Below are positions 38,311 through 52,388 of a stretch of DNA of 64,000 bases, in pieces; within the stretch, counting starts at the first letter, position 1, and the number at the start of each line of letters is the position of its first letter. Origin of the DNA: Octopus sinensis (taxonomy: Eukaryota); NCBI RefSeq assembly GCF_006345805.1, contig NC_043019.1, forward strand, positions 21,885,360-21,949,359. Reading direction: 5' to 3'. The notes beneath the pieces are model-generated. The model saw nothing but the letters and a program-made list of their open reading frames with translations. It was not told the origin of the DNA and did no database searches. The position numbers and the translations under genes are program-made.

Positions 38311-38425
38311 CTAATGAAAAAGAAGCACATAGTATGAAGTACTCATTCTTCTCAGAGACAATGAATTCTTTAGGGAATTTGAAGTTGGTAAACGAACACT
38401 TCAGCAACTCAGCCTTTCTATCTCC
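38311..38425 (+). CDS. candidate exon xNEKEAHSMKYSFFSETMNSLGNLKLVNEHFSNSAFLS(P)
   Basis: ttattcctaacag acceptor, CC|gtaagc donor; the antisense frame is also open, so strand is uncertain. Confidence 0.35.
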
Positions 38426-39540
38426 GTAAGCTAACGAAGGCAAATTTTAAATTTAGAACAGTGAATCAATACATAATTATGATAATTGTGTTGGCTATAG
38501 TAATAAAGAAAATGTGTACACAGTATGATTCTGCAAGTTAATTAGTAGCACACTGGAAACTAAAATGAAGTCATAACTTTGGAAAATATTTTCTATCCAC
38601 CTACAGTCTCAGCATAGAAATACACAGACACACACACACAAAGTTAATCTTAAATAAAATTGCAAAATTATGAAATTTCAATACAATAATCACTTACAGA
38701 AAGTAAAATTTCAAATTATAATTATTTCAGAAACTAAAATATGAAAAAAAAAAAAAAAATATTTCAAAAATTCACTTAAAATTTTTTCTTGTTCTTTCCT
38801 TTTACTCAAAGATTTTAAATGCTATTTTTCTTTAAATGTGTTTCAAAAACCTTTCCAATTTATAATTTTTTCTTTAATTTCATTCCATAAGGGATCTAAG
38901 TTAAAAATGTTTTTTCTACTTTCCATTTATTGATACATAAAAAAGGGAAAAAAATCAAGAAAAAATAATTTCTAACAAAAAGAATAATGGTAACATATGG
39001 TATAAAATATTTAACAAAATTGGTCTTTCTTCAAAATTATATCTGAACAGAACTATATATAACATGATAAATTCTATAATATATATTGCTCAGCTGTGAT
39101 ATTATCAGGCTTAAAAGAAACAGACAATATTTACTGTGATGTCATAGATGAAAAAGTCTCCAAATTCAATTAGTCTTTTCTAATTTTCATTTAGTTCCCA
39201 TATATCATTCAGAACTTGCACAAGTTGGTGTCTCCTGCATTATTTATTTACTAGTTTTATAATTTCCACAACCATAATCTAAATTATCATGTCACTCATC
39301 TCAAGTTCAACAGTTACTTCACACTGAAGACATTTTCTAAGAGAGTTAAACTAATAAGGCAGGGAGTCTATATGTGGTCTTTCAAACAGCTAGAATTAAC
39401 AGCTGAGTCACCCTCAAACTGAACCCAACCATCTTAAAAAACAAATCAGAAGGCTATTTTAGACAAGATAGTCTTAGATATACAAAAAAGACAGTCACAA
39501 GTGAAATGAATTTTGATCATAGATTCATTAGTAGAATAAG

Positions 39541-39931
39541 TAGAATTGTGGAGGCGCAATGGCCCAGTGTTTAGGGCAGCGGACTCGCAGTCGTAGGATC
39601 ACGGTTTCGATTCCCAGACTGGGCGTTGTGAGTGTTTATTGAGCAAAAACACCTAAAGCTCCACGAGGCTCCGGCAGGGATGGTGATCTCTGCTGTACTC
39701 TTTCACCACAACTTTCTCTCACTCTTACTTCCTGTTTCTGTTGTACCTGTATTTCAAAGGGCCGGCCTTGTCACTCTCTGTGTCACGCTGAATATCCCCG
39801 AGAACTACGTTAAGGGTACACGTGTCTGTGGAGTGCTCAGCCACTTACACGTTAATTTCATGAGCAGGCTGTTCTGTTGATCGGATCAACCGGAACCCTC
39901 ATCGTCGTAACTGACGGAGTGCTTCCATCCC
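39541..39931 (+). mobile_element. tRNA-derived SINE, full length, 11-bp TSD AGTAGAATAAG
   Basis: A/B-box-like head; direct repeat at 39530-39540 and 39932-39942. Confidence 0.88.
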
Positions 39932-39942
39932 AGTAGAATAAG

Positions 39943-40280
39943 CAATGGTTCTCAACCAGGGTCTATATGACCTCAGGGGATCCATATAAAATGGGGGGGA
40001 GGTGTCCATGCAAGCAATATAGTATATTGGAGATTCACAGTTATTAAAGGTCCATGAAAAAGTTTTGAATTAAATTTATTGCAAGAAAAAGCTAAATTTC
40101 TTTCTCAAATGTTTTACATAGTTCAACCCACAAAAGTTAATGTGTGAAAAACAAAATAGGAATTTTGTAAATAACTTTTTTAATTTTTTTCAAGTTTCAA
40201 ACATCAAATGGCCATAGGGATCCACACAGTAGAATTGTAATCAAAAGGGTCCACAGATGAAAAATGGTTGAGAACCACTG
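39943..40280. mobile_element. hAT-like MITE
   Basis: TIR caatggttctcaacc / ggttgagaaccactg. Confidence 0.75.
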
Positions 40281-40496
40281 TTTTAGAGAATCATATAAAA
40301 AATAACTTGTTTATTTTTGGCTCTTTGTTTTAAGTTGAAATCTTAAAGTCAATTTTGCTTTTGATCCTTCTATAAAAATATAGAGTAACCCATCAGATGT
40401 ATTTTTTTATTCTTTTACTGGTTTCAGCTAGAGGCTGGTGCCATATTTTTTATTAAAACTGAACTTAAAAATAAACATTAATATAAATATATATAT

Positions 40497-40632
40497 ATAG
40501 GCGCAGGAGTAGCTGTGTGGTAAGTAGCTTGTTTACCAACTACATGGTTCCGGGTTCAGTCCCACTGCGTGGCACCTTGGGCAAGTGTCTTCTACTGTAG
40601 AAAGAAATTGAAAGAAGCCCGTCGTATATATG

Positions 40633-40664
<32 letters not shown>

Positions 40665-40872
40665 CGTGTATGTTTATGTGTCTGTGTTTGTCCCTCTAGC
40701 ATTGCTTGACAACCGATGCTGGTGTATTTATGTCCCCGTCACTTAGCGGTTCGGCAAAAGAGACCAATAGAATAAGTACTGGGCTTACAAAGAATAAGTC
40801 CCAGGGTCAAGTTGCTCGATTAAAGGCGGTGCTCCAGCATGGCCACAGTCAAATGACTGAAACAAGTAAATG
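40497..40872 (+). mobile_element. SINE family A copy, young, internal deletion
   Basis: Intact head, CpG retained, tail gtcaaatgactgaaacaagtaaa. Confidence 0.9.
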
Positions 40873-42359
40873 AGTAAATGAGAATGAGATATATATATAC
40901 ACACACACACACACATTCACAACTTATCTACCCACCCTTCTGTTCCTCTTATTCACTTTATACTCTTACCATCTCTCTCTCTCTCTCTCTTTCCAGCTAA
41001 GGAACCCATGAATCGCCTCTCCAGCAAGGCACTTGTTCCAGTCACCTTATCATACTTTCACCTCAATGCTATACCCCCAACTCAGTTGAAGAGTCATCTC
41101 TTACAAGTTACTTGATGTCCTCACTTTTGACCATACTACAACTATCCAAAAAATAATATGGAAAAAAAATAGGAAGGACACATTGGACAATGTTTTCAGA
41201 CTAACTGCATTTAGGATTACAAAGACAGAATGGTCATCATTGTAGAGTTTTTGATCAAAAGTCCATCTACTGTATAATGATTCACCTAAGACTAAACAAC
41301 AACAACAACAATAGCAGTAGTAAACACCTTCCATTTTCAAGCTACACTCACCTTACCATAACGATAGGAACTCACTCTCCCTTTGTATCTACAGCCAGCC
41401 AGCCAGCCAACCAATCAACTGACCAGCCATAATATTCTGCACCTATCATTAATTGACCACAACCCATTTCCCATTTCATACTGACAACTAGAATTCACTC
41501 TACTTTGTGACCTACTACAGTTTTAAAAGGATAGGATCGATAAATTTACTATGTTTCTGAAAGGTCTGCTTAACGACCGACCTAGGAGTGCAGAATCATA
41601 ACACCACCACCACCACCACCGCCGACAACAACAACAACAACAATAACAACAACAACAACGAAAATAACAACAATGGATATCGTTATCTTTTCATCATCTA
41701 TTGATAAGTAGCAATGTAATCTAGTATATTATTTTCTAGAATCAATTTATGGGGGAGGGCAACAAAACACCAGCTTTTGTTGTTGTTGTCAAGCTGGAGC
41801 AACTGAATATTACTCTTAAGGTATTACAATTCTTAAAAATGAGAAGTTAAGGATACAACAAAATACATTAAAAAACATAAACAAAGGAAACATTTGTTTA
41901 AAAAAAATCAATATGAAAATGCTGTATGTATGTATCCAACTTCTCAAGTTCTATTCTTCTGAGAAAAAAAGATTGTAAATATGTTATTTTATGTTTTTCT
42001 TTTCATCTTTCCTTATTTATATATTTTTAATGTGTGTGGGTGTCTTACATTTACATTATATATGTATTTATACAGTGTATATTTATCAAATATATACCTA
42101 ATTCATTATTAACAGTCATTATTCTGTTTGCTCCAGTTCACCTTGCAAGCAACAAGTTCTATTCTTATTCAATGTTCCAGTGGTTAACAACAATAAGAAT
42201 AACCATCCAAGTTAAAAATGATTTCTAACACAGGCAGAAGATGTCAAACCTTTGTGAGGAAGGGGCAGTGAATCATGTCAACACGGGTTCTTAACTGGCA
42301 CTTTACTTTCTTGACACTGAGAGGATGAAAGGCAAACTCACATCTGGCTGGATGTGGTT

Positions 42360-42524
42360 TTCACTAAATACAAAAACGGTCTCCAGAGCTGCATCAAACG
42401 ATAGGAGGAATGCGTAACTCGGGGTGGTTCCTATGTAGAAAAAGACTAATAACTGTGCCAAGTTTCATTGCTCTACTGCTATGGGAAGTGGGTCAGGGGC
42501 ATTACTTATTGAACACCCCTCGTA
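42360..42524. mobile_element. mariner-like end remnant
   Basis: attacttattgaacacccctcgta resembles a mariner TIR ending in TA. Confidence 0.65.
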
Positions 42525-43276
42525 TAATCATTTTGTCTGACACTCTACTAATTTAAGCAACCAATTAACAAAGTTGTCAGAGCATCACATAGAACATTCC
42601 ATGGTATTTCTTCTGACACTTGGTGCTCTGAGTTCAAATCTCACCCAAGTCAACCTTCCATTGTTTTAATTTTGAGGTCAACAAAAAAAGTATCAATCTA
42701 AAGTGGTAGATTGGTAGAACTATAAAAATATCAGACTGGGTGCCTTGTGGTATTTGTTATAGTTCTTAACATGCTGAGTTCAAATCCCATCATGGCCTAT
42801 TTGGGTAGCAGACAATCCAACACATAGGTTTATCCCAAACAGCTGGCACCCTAGGTGCCTTTAGCAGAATCCACCACACTGTTGCAAGCACTTGGGCCCA
42901 TTTTCAGTTTGAGGATACCTTCCTCTCTCTATCCCACTCATCTCAGTTATTCTGTGAAGGGACTCAGCCACTGTCTTCCCTTCTGAATAAAAAGTGAAAC
43001 AAAATACTTTGTCAAACTTTTGCCCTTACACCAATCATCATCATCATCATCATCATCATTTAATGTCCATCTTTTCCATGCTTGTATGAGTTAGAATTTA
43101 TCAAGGTAGATTTTCTATAACAGAATGCCTCTCCAATCACAAACTCACCTATTTCCAAACAAGGTAATATTTCCCTATGGCCAGACACACTACCATGGAA
43201 TTCAGGAAAAAGACCAACACCACTTGCATGACAGTGATGCTCAATTACAACCATCACATAATGTCAAGACAAGGGT

Positions 43277-43316
<40 letters not shown>

Positions 43317-43399
43317 TTAACCAAGGTGTCATGCAATGGGACTGAACCCAAGACCACATGGTTGGGAAATGAGCTTCTTAACCACACAGCTACACCTGC

Positions 43400-43630
43400 A
43401 CAAGATCAGCAATTTTGGAGGGAAGGGGTAAGTCAGTTACATCGATCACAGTGTTCAATCCATTAATACTTATTTTATCAAGCTCTGAAAGGATGAAAGG
43501 CGAAGTTGACCTCAGCCATCTGAACTCAGAATGTAAAAGTTGGAAGGAATGTTGGTAAGCAATTTTCTCAGTGTGGTTAACAATTCTACCAGCTCACTGG
43601 CTTGTTTGTACCTAATATTAAAATTAACAA
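43400..43630 (-). mobile_element. SINE family B copy
   Basis: ggatgaaaggcgaagttgacctc...tgaactcagaatgta. Confidence 0.75.
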
Positions 43631-44109
43631 AGTGGCAGTTGTCTGTTCTGGTATGGTTTCTATGGGTGGACGCCCTTCCTAATACCAACCACTTTTCAGA
43701 GTGTATTTGGTGCTTTTTACATGGTACAAGCACAGGTGTTTTTTTATATAGCCTCAGCAAGGTCACCAACGAACTTAATTGAGAGGAGTGGAACCAAGGG
43801 AAGTGCTGAGAAGGTAGAGTATAACAGAGGGACAGAGATAGTTGTTTTACTATAGAGAATATACTTGGTTACCCCAGTAGGACAAGGAAGGAGAAGGAAG
43901 ATGGGAGAGATTTAGGGAGAAAGATAGAAAGACATACAGAGAGAGAGAGAGAAAGTGAGAAATAGATGCAGTTGGAGATATATTGGGGTCAGTCCACAGG
44001 GAACAGTGGAGGGTAAAGTATAAGTAATACAGAGGGGACAGAGGAGATAGATTGAAACTGCAGAAGCTCTGATCACAATATATATATAATTGATATATAT
44101 ATAATTTTT

Positions 44110-44335
44110 GGCGAGCTGGCAGAAACGTTAGCACACTGGGCGAAATGCTTAGCGGTATTTCGTGTGTCGTTACGTTCTGAGTTCAAATTCCGCCAAGGTC
44201 GACTTTGCCTTTCATCCTTTCGGTGTCGATAAATAAAGTACCAGTTATGCACTGGGGTCGATGTAATCGACTTAATCCCTTTGTCTGTCCTTGTTTGTCC
44301 CCTCTATGTTTATCCCCTTGTGGGCAGTAAAGAAA
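44110..44335 (+). mobile_element. SINE family B copy, young, full length
   Basis: CpG-rich intact copy. Confidence 0.9.
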
Positions 44336-45589
44336 TATATATATATAATTGATACAATGAACAAATATAGCTTGTAATTTGTTCTGGCATGGTTATAATC
44401 TTTGTGTTTTTTGTTCATTTCTAAGGTCAGTAAAATAAGTGTCAAATAAAGTATTTTGGCTCATATAATAGACTATAAACCTTTCCAGGCTGTGCCCCAG
44501 CATGACCACATTCCACTGACTGAAACCAGTAAAAGAACTTCAAATTGTAAGAATGGTGTAGCAAGGATAAATATGTTTGACTATCAGACATCTCTGTATG
44601 CTTTTATAAAACATAAGTAATTTTCAGATAGTAAGGTGTGTTTTGCAGAAAATGTATTTGTGTGTGCCTGTGAATGAGCATTTATATATACAAACACACG
44701 TTTTTGTAGGACAATGTATTCCTGGATAAGTCCCTTACAACAAGGTATATGCTCTTTACATGGTAGCACTTTTTCAGATGGGAATTTGTCTAATTAATTT
44801 TGTTTTCTGCACAAAGATGGACAATTTGATGTTTCCTATCAGTTTGACCTTGTAATAATTTCTCAAGATTCTAATTTGTACTGGATGTTTCCAGCCTATG
44901 GAAAATATATAAATATTTTCTTATCTTAACAAGTAAAACTAAGCAAGTTTAAAAATAGATTCCACTCATACATGATTCAGTGGTGAAATGTTAAGAACAG
45001 CATTCAACCATAAAAAAAAACCCACATGCTCTACTAATTTATATTAACAGAAGGCACTAAAGAATTATTCCAAACCAGACATATATAAAAATAAGAAAAG
45101 GCATTAGAAATTGATTAACAAGCCATAAATTTATGAATAAATAAGTATATGGAGTCACATCCATCATCATCTTTATTTTACATTAGTTTTTCCATACTGT
45201 CATGGTTTGGAGAGATCAATAATGGTTTAAGTTCTTATTCAGAATTATTACCCTCCTAGATGGACCAGAGGACGGACCATGTGGTCAGACCAAAGGGCTT
45301 TTGGTAATTTGGAGCAATGTTGGAATTGTTATGATGCATCAACAATTGTTTACCTCCCACTTCAAAGAAGCTACAAAAGGCAGCCGTAGAGAGCTATGCC
45401 AGCATGGGAAAGGAATGTTTGATGATGATGATGGTGATGCAATTCTGAGTCTTCCTTACAACTGATAAGGTCATAAGATTCAAATCATAAAAGTATAAAG
45501 TTTTATGATCTGGCATTACTTGCAATAGTTCTAATATATGTAAGTTACCTATCTAACTGGATAGAGTCAATCAAACTATATGTTAGGTT

Positions 45590-46070
45590 CATCATCATCC
45601 ACTTTCCATGCTAGCATGGGTTGGACGGTTCAACTGGAGTCTGGGAAGCCTGAAGGCTGCACCGGGCCCAGTCTGATCTGGCAGTGTTTCTACGGCTGGA
45701 TGCCCTTCCTAACGCCAACCACTCCGAGAGTGTAGTGGGTGCTTTTTACGTGCCACCAGCACAGGTGCCAGATGAGGCTGGCAAATGGTCACAATCGGAT
45801 GGTGCTTTTTACGTGCCGCCGGCATGGAGGCCAGGCGAGGCTGGCAACGACCACGATCGGATGGTGCTTTTTACGTGCCGCCGGCACGGAGGCCAGGCGA
45901 GGCTGGCAACGACCACGATCGGATGGTGCTTTTTACGTGCCACCGGCATGGAGGCCAGTCGGGGCGGTGCTGGCAACGGCCACGTTCGGATGGTTCTCTT
46001 ACGTGCCACCGGCACTGGTATCACAGCTACAATTTCCATTGATGTTGATCGATTTCGATTTTGATAAAAC
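45590..46070 (-). mobile_element. SINE with internal 62-bp tandem repeat (about 5 units)
   Basis: Unit starts at 45797, 45859, 45921, about 45988 and about 45734; (ATG)n tail on the minus strand. Confidence 0.9.
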
Positions 46071-47899
46071 AACAATTGGTCCTAGAAGGCCTGCAAAGGT
46101 TATGAGCAATGCCTCTTTCTCCAGACTCAACAAGAAAAAAATGGGTACTACTTTTCTTTCCTGGCTAAATGAGAGAGAAAGGGAGAGAGAGAGACTATGC
46201 AATCATTTAATCCAAGTGAAATATCAGAAAAATCTTCAAATGACACTCTAGTGTCTTACATAAAAAGAAATACACAGAACATTATAATCCATCCTGTCCT
46301 AAAAGACAGGATGGTCACAGCCTGAACACTTTATCATAGTTGTACTACATCAAAGCTGACCTGTGGCTAAATATCAATAAGACCTACAGGAATTAAAAAT
46401 TTTCAGTCATGCTTTAATGGTTCAATGAAGTATTCAAGACCCATACATTACACTTCGTAGTCAGAAAGGAAAGATATAAGAAGATAAGTTAAGAATGTGA
46501 GTGTAAAAGTTTCAAATTGAATAAAACTTTACTAAACCCTTAGTTACACATGTCACACAAGTATATCACCCACCTCTCTAGAATGGATAGTAGTATAACA
46601 AGCATCCTTCTTGCTAACCTCTCAGTGAAATGCCACGACTATTCTTTCAGTCATGTAACCAGGTTTATTTATTATGCAAACCTGCTATGTGCTTTTTTTG
46701 TGCCTAGCCTATAATTAATTCTTTCCTACCTGTCAAATCAAATACTTACAAATTTACACTATATTATTTCAGCATTTTTCAAGGCTTCTATGAATAACAA
46801 ATTCAAAAGCAAACAATGTGGTGATTGTTAGTTTGATTTTTTTTTTAGCCCCAGGTTAATTCTTATCAAAAAGACCTATGACCAAATTATGATCAAAAGT
46901 ATTTAAGCCGTTACCATCCTGCCACTTTTTATTATTTTTTTACCTAATAAAGACTACATTGGTAAATGTATCTGTTTTTGTATTAAAATAGTAGGATATA
47001 ATTTGAAGGATATTTGGTTGCTATTTCTAGCACATTAAGCAATCCTGCTAAAGCTACTTTTTGGCATGGCTTGATCCTATACCTTGAGCAAACATATCAT
47101 AGAGGAGTGGTAACTCAGTTTTATGAGTTACAAGTAACCTCACTAATGCTGGTACTGTGATAAAATGATGCACCCAGTACACTGTAAATTGATAGAGAAG
47201 CAGAGACAATACAAGGTTGAGAGAAATCTACAGTTTTTTTTTCAACCTGATATGGAACATGACAAAAACACGACAACCTCTCTAGTGTGAGTGCCATTAT
47301 AGAATGTACATGGTATACTTTGTAAAGTGGAGGGTGCAAGGAAGGACATTCAGCTGTGGAAATTAAGCCAAAAAAATGAAGTAAATGTACAAAATGTAGT
47401 TCTCTAACTAGTCCAGGGAATCTTAACTCAGCATAAAGAACTGACTTAGACAGCAACAACCCATCAAACCCACGCCAGTATGGAAAACTGACTCATGATG
47501 GTGATGAATAAAGAGATGTAATGCTTAAATTAGGTTTTGCTCAAAAGAAGAGAAATTTGATTTTACTTGTATTTTCCACTAGACAGAGATCAACAAAAGA
47601 AGGGAAAAAAAAAAAGAAGTTTGGTTTGTTATAGAACCAATATCACTAACACAGCCAGAACCATATTCTGCATAAGGATTTCTTTGTAATTTAAAAATTA
47701 ATGGTTTGGTAATGCCTGTTTTGTATCATATCAATGATACAAAAGAATCAAAGCTGGCTATGTTAAATGGAAGACGATATGGCAATTCAGTGCAGAGAAC
47801 AAAAGACTGTATACTTTAAGGTAAAGTAACTTTTAAGTAGTTTACTGAAGTTCCATCAGAGTTGATAATATCACATTTTAATATTCTGAGCAATTGAAT

Positions 47900-48770
47900 A
47901 GAGCACGTTTTAGTAGCAAATTGATAAATTTTTTTTAATATTAATCTCAGGAAATATTAAACTAAGAGGTAGAGAAACCAGTAAACTTTGTTTGCTGAGG
48001 ATATTGGTTTATGAGGTCATAAATGAAAAAGAAAACTTAAAGATCTAAGGACAACTGCAAGAAGGTATGAAATGGAAATAAGTGCCAAAAAAAAAACCAT
48101 TTAATATAAAGAATCCTGTTCAAATAACAGGAAAGACATTGAAACAAGTAGATAAATCTAAGTATTTAACAAGAACATGAGAAGATCTGAGAGTAAAGAA
48201 AGTGATGGATTGCAGCAGTTGATAGCATCTTTTAGCAAAATTAGACTTTGGTTTTTTTAGTGGGGTGGGGTGGATTATAACAAATATTTGTTTTTTCTTT
48301 AAAGCAATAGTAATTTCAGCTAGATTCTAAGGAGGTGATTTGTGGACATTAAAGAATGAGAAAAAATTTTATGACCTTTAAAATGAAATGTTATAGAAAG
48401 ATGTTTTGCAGTTTATATACAGAAAATTGAACTAATGAGAGTGTTAGGAAAGAAATTGTTGAGAACACTACAAAATCATGAAATTCTTCTCTCAATATCA
48501 AAAAAAGTGGATATCAAGGTGGATTGGTCATAAAATATGTTACCAGCCTACACCTAGTGGATATGATCAGATATGGACAAGCTCTTAGCAAGAGATGTAA
48601 GATCACAAAGGAAGTGGTTTGGGCAACCTCAAAGAATGAAGAGAAAGATGATGTAAATTTAAGGTTGGCTGTTGACCGAGAGAAATTAAAGAAGGAGGCT
48701 GCATCTTTTAATGGGCCCCCTAGTGTCTATCACAGAACTCAAAAATGGAATTTGATGGTTTGATGAACAA
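47900..48770 (+). mobile_element. highly decayed RTE-like LINE 3' fragment
   Basis: Remnant similar to RTE C-terminus (..TNESV.K.....L..IKK...W.GH). Confidence 0.45.
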
Positions 48771-51700
48771 AGAATTAGCATCTCATGAAAATTCAACATT
48801 CGTTCTTCCACATCATTCATCTCTCATTTATTTAAGACTAGATGAACTCGATCGTTCAAAGTCAATTGGGTTGCAAAAAATATAGGCATGATTCTTATGA
48901 TAGATGTAACAATCACAGGAAACCTCATAGACGTGCAACACCATTACCACTTTAATTAACGCTAATCACAAGTTAATCAACTACAAGAGTAGTTAGGAAG
49001 TTAATCAATGCTTGGTTAAGAAGTTCATTTTGTAACCATGTGATTCAATCTTTGATATCACTGCACAGTACTTTGACTTCTGCCAGAACCTCAGGTTGAC
49101 CAATGCCTTATGAATGGAATTTAGTAGATACAAACTGTAGAGAAGTCCATCATATATATGTGTGTGCATGTTTGTGTGAATGTATATGTCTATGTTGTCT
49201 GGCTTTTGACAATGTATATTGGAGAAAGATGTAAACATCATTCAGAAAACTGAAAAGTAATGTTATTTCAAATGAAGTCCCTCATGATATTTGCTCTGCA
49301 CTGAGGTACAGACACTCCATTGTTACTGTTGCCAGCAAAAATGTAGTGACCAGTGACTGTCCCTTTGAGAATCTGTCATCAATGATGACAGTGTTCACCA
49401 ATTATGACATAAAATAAATAAGTACTAATCACCTAAATTTAAAACCCCTGTATTGAATATGTCGACCGAAAGAAATAATTCAATATGGCTGTCTAGAAGA
49501 CGTGATCATTTTAAAGATAAACTACTTTCGAGTACTTTTATTATAGTTCCTGTCAAAGTTGATCTTCAGCAAAGAGATGAATTAACCAGATAGAACATGC
49601 TGTGACAGCAGCAACTGTTCAGGTTTTCTATTGTTTTATATTTTGGGTTTTTCATTTTACTTTCTGTTTTTCCATTTACCTTAATTAGATGTAGCTCAGT
49701 TTATAAATATTTCTATATGATTCAAGATAAATGAAATTCTCTGGAGACTCAGTCAGAGGTCCAACTGTTGCAGAGAAAAACAGAGAGGGAGTTATAATGA
49801 AGGCTGGCTTTAATTTAATAGTGAAAAGAAAAGACAGGCCTAAGATTAGGTTATGTCAACATAAATGGAACAACACATTGAAGACACTGTTGCTAGGAAA
49901 TTATGCATAAATTTAACAACACAACATAAAATTTACTGATAAAGGAAACTGAATCAACCAAAAAGCCAAAGCATACAGTGAAACACTTTCCATGTGCACT
50001 ACCTCCAAGAAAGAAAACTTAGGATAAATAGGAAATAATTTTAACATACCATTAAAATTCGAAACATCACAAGGAAGGTGCTAAAACCAAGTGATAAACC
50101 AAATTTTGTGAATCAACTACACAGAACAGAAAGCATAAAAATACTTTCTCCTACAAAATTTAATACTACTTCTTTTACTAGCAGTATTTCTGCTAGTAAT
50201 AACTCTTTCTACAATAGGCATAAGGTCTAAAATTTGGTGGGAGGGATCTAGTCAATTACCTCAATCCCCTGATACTTGACGGATACTTATTTTATCGACC
50301 CTGAAAAGATGAAAGCAAAATTTATCTCAGCAGAATTTGATCTCAGAAAGTAAAAGCCAAAAGAAATGCTACAAAGCATTTTATCCAGTGCGCTAACAAT
50401 TCTACCAGATTACCACCTTTATAACTATAATAAGGCCGAAAATTTTGAAGACCCCAGTAGTTGACTGGTATTTATTTTTATCAACCCCATAACGATGAAT
50501 GGTAAAGTTGACCTTGGCAGAATTTAAGCCAAAAGAAATACTGCTAACCATTTTGTCTAATGTACTAATGATTCTTCCAACTCGTCACAGTAATAATATC
50601 ATTATCATTATTGACATATTCATTTTTCACTTACCATCGCCCATCTCAGTTGCTGTCTATCACTCACTCTCTCACCATTACCCTTATTTTACTATCCAAT
50701 TATACCTCTGATATTATTTCTATTCAATCTCCTTATAAACAACCAGTATATAGCTGTCACTGTCTCTCTTCTATTACTCCAGCCTCTATCATTGTCTTGC
50801 TCCTACCACTGTTTCTCCCAATTATACCCATATTCTCACTCTTTCTTCATAAACTACTCCTCCCCATTTAGTCATTACTCTCTCTTTTATTCACCCTCTC
50901 TATTATAATTACTTTGAATAGACAAATAAAACAAGAATATAGAAGTCCCTCAGCCTAACAGAGGACATGGCAAACTCTAGTGCTGGTACCATAGTAAAAT
51001 GTACCTACATCAGTCTGTAAAGTAGCTGGTCTTAGAAAAGGCATCTGGCTATAGAAACAGTGTACCAAAAATGGAACGTACGAATTTTCTTCCAACCGTC
51101 CTAGGTAGGTATTAGCTCCAAAACAACTAATTCAGACCATAACAGCCCATCCAACCCATACTAGCATGGAATATAGATACGCAGAGGTGTTTAGTGGTGG
51201 TGATGGTTATGATCATGATGGTTGTCGTTATTAAACTATGGTAATGTGATTCTGTCAATAAAAAACCCATCCATTGGGTGTTTATTTTCAATTAATTGAT
51301 TCGTTAATTAACGAGCCAATTGGCTTTTGACACTCTACTCTGACCTTTTCACTGACTTTCTTTGATCTCTTCCACTTTGTACAAGCTCCTTCACAACTCT
51401 AAGCACAAATCTACAAATTTACAGAGAAGAATAAGATTCTGTAACATTCATGCTTTTCTCATAGGCATTAACAGCATTACTGATGTGAACTGACAACTAA
51501 TCTGCATGTGATCCAATAAGGGAGCTACCAGCCAATGCACAAATATCTAGACAGTCACTTAACCTGCTAGAAATAGCTGCCAGATCTCACTCAAAACTCA
51601 ATCTGACCATTTAAAGTAAAGAATGATACTACAAATAATGTAGTCTTAGATATTATGTGATGGTCACACCAGGAATAAGGTCTAGATAACAACTGGCTCA

Positions 51701-52162
51701 AAAAGTTAACCTACCAGAAATTTTGTTGCTTATTCTGTGACTAAATAATTCAGGTGTTAAATGATATTTATCCAATAAAGCATGTTGCCTACTGGTGTGT
51801 GTGTGCGTGTGGGAGGGGCTCATGATGTTAAGATCAGGATCTTGATACTTGAACTAGAGACACATTGGATACTTAAGCAAGGTACTTCATCTCACATTGT
51901 TTCAGTCATCAACTCAGCTGAAATGAGCAACAACCAAGTACTGATGCAGCCCTCTCTTTCTCCCCTTCCAGTTATCACATCATAGATGCTTTACTGGGTC
52001 AATGATATGAGGACCATGAGGGATTCTATGATTCGCCTTAATTACATAGGTCCTTAAAACAATTAGTGTAACAATGGTACATACTACCAAGTCCTCAATG
52101 ATTCTGAATGATGCTGTCATTTTAGATATCCAACATTTGAAAGACTAATCTAAGACTAGTTT

Positions 52163-52388
52163 ATAACCCTTCAGCATTCAGACCAGTCATGTCCAGCCCA
52201 AATATTCTGTTTTGTGTTCAAACTGACCAGGTTAAGCCTCTCACATCTACCCTGCAATGTCATTATAAAAATAAAACAATTACATCGTCAAAATCTCAAA
52301 GGTACAAGATAATGATGCATGATTAATTCCAAGCAATGTGAATAAATAAGCAACATATGACAGAATAATTTGAATGCTAAAGGGTTCA
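52163..52388. mobile_element. TTAA MITE copy
   Basis: ataacccttcagcattc...gaatgctaaagggttca. Confidence 0.8.

Noticed and set aside
45684-46251. Repetitive ORFs of 126 and 170 aa and a CRISPR-like look
   Set aside because: Contiguous 62-bp tandem units with no unique spacers, inside a SINE; no cas genes; eukaryotic context
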